64,000 nt of DNA from Candidatus Levyibacteriota bacterium (GTDB taxonomy: Bacteria; Patescibacteriota; Microgenomatia; Levybacterales; UBA12049): positions 112,236 to 176,235 of the forward strand of contig CP066685.1 in assembly GCA_016432345.1 (NCBI GenBank), given 5' to 3'. This document shows, piece after piece, positions 61,597 through 64,000 of the stretch. Every line of letters starts with the position of its first letter. The stretch's first letter is position 1. The position numbers and the translations under genes are program-made. The notes beneath the pieces were generated by a model. It ran no database searches, was not told the origin of the DNA, and saw nothing but the letters and a program-made list of their open reading frames with translations.

Positions 61597-62013
61597 CTAA
61601 TTTGTTTTCCTTTCTTCTACTATAAATGATTTACTCTCAATATCTTTTCCATCTACATAAATAATTAAAGAATATTTACCAAAAGTCTTAAAGTCCAAAT
61701 TGCCTATATCAAAAATAAAGTTAACATCACCTTCATTTTTTGTCGCATTTGCAGGCATGGAGAATTCAACAAACAGAGGGGATGCAAGTTGCAGTTCCTT
61801 TTTATTTGCATCAAATATTTTGATCTGGATTTTCGTAGGATTTTTTTCTGTCTTTATAAAAGACACGTTTCCTACCACTGTAAATTTTAGAAACTTACTG
61901 GGTACCTTTGGCAAGAATACTCTACTAAAAATTCCTAAAATACTAATTTTTCCTAAGTTGTCTACGCTTGCAGCATCGCACAAGTGCAGAAAATTAAGTT
62001 TTAGTTTTTCCAT
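61597..62013 (-). CDS. Hypothetical beta-rich protein
   Basis: MEKLKLNFLHLCDAASVDNLGKISILGIFSRVFLPKVP...; ATG at 62013. Separated by 1 nt from the downstream gene. Confidence 0.45.
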   Translation of the reverse strand: MEKLKLNFLHLCDAASVDNLGKISILGIFSRVFLPKVPSKFLKFTVVGNVSFIKTEKNPTKIQIKIFDANKKELQLASPLFVEFSMPANATKNEGDVNFIFDIGNLDFKTFGKYSLIIYVDGKDIESKSFIVEERKTN

Positions 62014-62052
62014 ATGCTTGTATGGTAGCAAAAATAAGAGTTGAAGACAACC

Positions 62053-63474
62053 TCAAACTATTCGGGGAAACAGTCCTTCTTTTGAGGTTATTTTTGGCCC
62101 TTTGAATTGTTCTTGTATTTTTTTAGCAGTTTCGGGAAGAAATGGTTGAATATTATATCCAATGAGCTGAATTATTTCTACTGCTTCTTTCAATATGGGT
62201 TCAGCTTTTTCTTTAGAAAGTTCCCAGAGTTTTTTATCATTAATTTCTTTATTAAGTTCTGCAATTAATTCCCAAACACTAGCTAAAGCATCATTAAACT
62301 TAAATTCTTCCAAGAATTTTTTGACTCCTGGATTAAACCATAATTTTCTTTCGCTAATCTTAAAATCATTAATTTCGCAAAGTTTTGCAACTCGTGCTAC
62401 CAGGTTTCCCAGGCCATTTGCTAAATCGGCGTTATAGACTTCTTTAAATTTATCTTCGGAAAAATCTCCATCTATAAAAGGGGAAATATGATGTAAAAAG
62501 TAATAACGCAATGGGTCGGTTCCATATTTTTCGATAAGCATTAAAGGATCAATCACATTTCCTAACGTTTTTGACATTTTTTGTCCATTGATTGTTATGT
62601 ATTCGTGTACAAGAATGGACTTTTCAACAGGTAATTTTGCAGAAAGCAAAAATGCTGGCCAATAAATTGCGTGGAATCGAAGAATACCTTTCCCGATTAC
62701 CTGTACATCTGCCGGCCACCATTTGCTATATTTTTCTTCGTTCCATCCAAATCCAATACCACTTTGATAAATATTTAACGCGTCAAACCAAACATACATT
62801 CGTTGTGTTGGATCGTTTGGCACCTGTACTCCCCAATCTTTTGCCCGCTTGTTAGAACGGGAAATGCTAATGTCTTTTACTTCCTGGTTTAAAAAGGCAA
62901 GCGCTTCGTTTTTTCGATTATCAGGAATAATTTTTAGTTTATTGGATTCGATAAGATTTTTTATTTGATTTTTGTATGACGATAGCTTGAAAAAGTAATT
63001 TTCTTCGGATACTTCTTCTAATTTTTTACCAGGATGTTCAAAACACTCGCCGTTATTATCGAGTTCTTCTTTTTCGTAAAATAATTCACATCCAACACAG
63101 TATAAGCCTGTATATGCCTTTTTGTAGATATCACCATTTTTGTAGCATAGCTCCCACAATTTTTGGGAAGAGAGATGATGATTTTTATCGCTTCCTTTTT
63201 GAAAAATATCAAATTGTACTCCCAATTTTTTTGCTAAATCTTCAAACAATTTTGCGTTTGTGTCAATAAATGTTTGTAATGGAATCCTCGCTTTTTCTGC
63301 GGCTTGGACATTTTTAATTGCATTTTCATCTGATCCGCAAAGATACAACGTCTCATCGCCAATAATTTTGTGGTATCTGGCAATAACATCTGCCTGAACA
63401 AATTCAAGGGCGTGGCCAATATGCGGTTTGGCATTCACATAAGGAATAGCAGAAGTTAGGTAAAATTTAGCCAT
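62053..63474 (-). CDS. metG: Methionyl-tRNA synthetase (short form, no C-terminal tRNA-binding domain)
   Basis: ...AIPYVNAKPHIGHALE... (HIGH) and ...KMSKTLGNVIDP (KMSKS). Confidence 0.93.
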   Translation of the reverse strand: MAKFYLTSAIPYVNAKPHIGHALEFVQADVIARYHKIIGDETLYLCGSDENAIKNVQAAEKARIPLQTFIDTNAKLFEDLAKKLGVQFDIFQKGSDKNHHLSSQKLWELCYKNGDIYKKAYTGLYCVGCELFYEKEELDNNGECFEHPGKKLEEVSEENYFFKLSSYKNQIKNLIESNKLKIIPDNRKNEALAFLNQEVKDISISRSNKRAKDWGVQVPNDPTQRMYVWFDALNIYQSGIGFGWNEEKYSKWWPADVQVIGKGILRFHAIYWPAFLLSAKLPVEKSILVHEYITINGQKMSKTLGNVIDPLMLIEKYGTDPLRYYFLHHISPFIDGDFSEDKFKEVYNADLANGLGNLVARVAKLCEINDFKISERKLWFNPGVKKFLEEFKFNDALASVWELIAELNKEINDKKLWELSKEKAEPILKEAVEIIQLIGYNIQPFLPETAKKIQEQFKGPKITSKEGLFPRIV

Positions 63475-63486
63475 TGTTTGATTCTA

Positions 63487-63828
63487 TCATTTTTTTTGGC
63501 TGAAAGTAAGTTCGATAGTTGCAAAAATGGCAATAAGAATAATTAGGAAAAAAATATTTCGTAGGCCAAAAAAGCGCAAGAGTAAATACACAACAATGCT
63601 TGTTCCCAAAAGTATTCCCCGACGGACATTATGAAATAGGTAGCCAGAAAACGAAGAAAAGAAAATAAAAACTAAAACAAAAAAAGTTGCAGCCGATGGG
63701 ATATCTATTTTTGGTTTTTGTATATTTATAAGACTGGAAGGGGAATAAGAGAAAACAATATAGGAAAGTGCGGCAAAAGATAAAATACTTATAAGTAAAA
63801 GAAAAAGTGGTCTTTTTTTTCTCCGCAT
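63487..63828 (-). CDS. Hypothetical 3-4-TM membrane protein
   Basis: MRRKKRPLFLLLISILSFAAL...; ATG at 63828. Confidence 0.4.
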   Translation of the reverse strand: MRRKKRPLFLLLISILSFAALSYIVFSYSPSSLINIQKPKIDIPSAATFFVLVFIFFSSFSGYLFHNVRRGILLGTSIVVYLLLRFFGLRNIFFLIILIAIFATIELTFSQKK

Positions 63829-63857
63829 ACAGCAAGTGTATAGGTAAGAACCCCCTC

Positions 63858-63894
63858 TTGACAATCTCTGGCACTCGTGTTATATTACTGCTAA
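63858..63894 (+). promoter_or_regulatory. hrcA promoter (TTGACA, 17 nt, TATATT) overlapped by a CIRCE-like operator
   Basis: TTGACAatctCTGGCACTC-gtgttatat-TACTGCTAA; the half-sites match TTAGCACTC and GAGTGCTAA at 7/9 each. Confidence 0.5.
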
Positions 63895-63901
63895 TTAGGC
63901 T

Positions 63902-64000
63902 ATGAACGATTTAACCCAACGACAAATTCAAATCCTTAGAGCTATCATCGAAGAATATATCGAAACCGCAGAAGCTGTGGGATCAGAAACTCTGGAAAAA
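63902..64000 (+). CDS. hrcA: Heat-inducible transcription repressor HrcA, N-terminal 33 codons (continues beyond the window)
   Basis: Own translation: MNDLTQRQIQILRAIIEEYIETAEAVGSETLEK, the canonical HrcA winged-helix N-terminus. Confidence 0.8.
   Translation, partial: MNDLTQRQIQILRAIIEEYIETAEAVGSETLEK

Overview
AT-rich, gene-dense bacterial chromosome segment with about 80 CDS and one tRNA. There is no rRNA, CRISPR array, transposase or integrase. Gene content suggests a Candidate Phyla Radiation / Patescibacteria-type organism (inference): many tiny membrane ORFs, type IV pilus parts, several GT-C glycosyltransferases and archaeal-type enzymes. Left to right: (1) a minus-strand purine operon, purD-purN-[hicBA]-pilin-like-purF-purC-...-purE-purB-HAD-purA, interrupted by accessory genes; (2) a retropepsin-like two-gene cassette; (3) a plus-strand operon coaBC, archaeal pantoate kinase, archaeal phosphopantothenate synthetase, dnaG, rpoD; (4) a DEAD-box helicase and tRNA-Asn; (5) a metal cluster with a CNNM/CorC transporter, a ZIP transporter and a Met-rich protein; (6) CDP-archaeol-synthase-like and CDP-alcohol phosphatidyltransferase genes; (7) sodN-sodX (Ni superoxide dismutase); (8) FemAB, pcrA, tpiA and LCP genes; (9) a ~12 kb minus-strand surface/glycosylation operon running from PilN/PilO-like genes to a frameshifted Cys-rich surface protein; (10) rpsT, murJ, lepA, groESL; (11) a second glycan cluster with a DPPR-synthase-like UbiA, WecA-like GT4, GT-C and GT2; (12) tatD, SemiSWEET, a RelE module, metG and hrcA. 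The most unusual signals are: (a) a family of ~35-nt arrays, each made of five 7-nt units, found in spacers and embedded in frame in unrelated genes, including a dispersed CTATACGCT (Tyr-Thr-Leu) element; (b) long poly-G/C tracts at surface-protein genes, one of which (C9) splits a large ORF; (c) archaeal-type CoA and CDP-lipid enzymes; (d) many operon-first genes with a -10 box only 5-11 nt from the start codon, implying leaderless mRNAs. All functional calls come from reading the supplied translations and from memory of family motifs. No database search was run.
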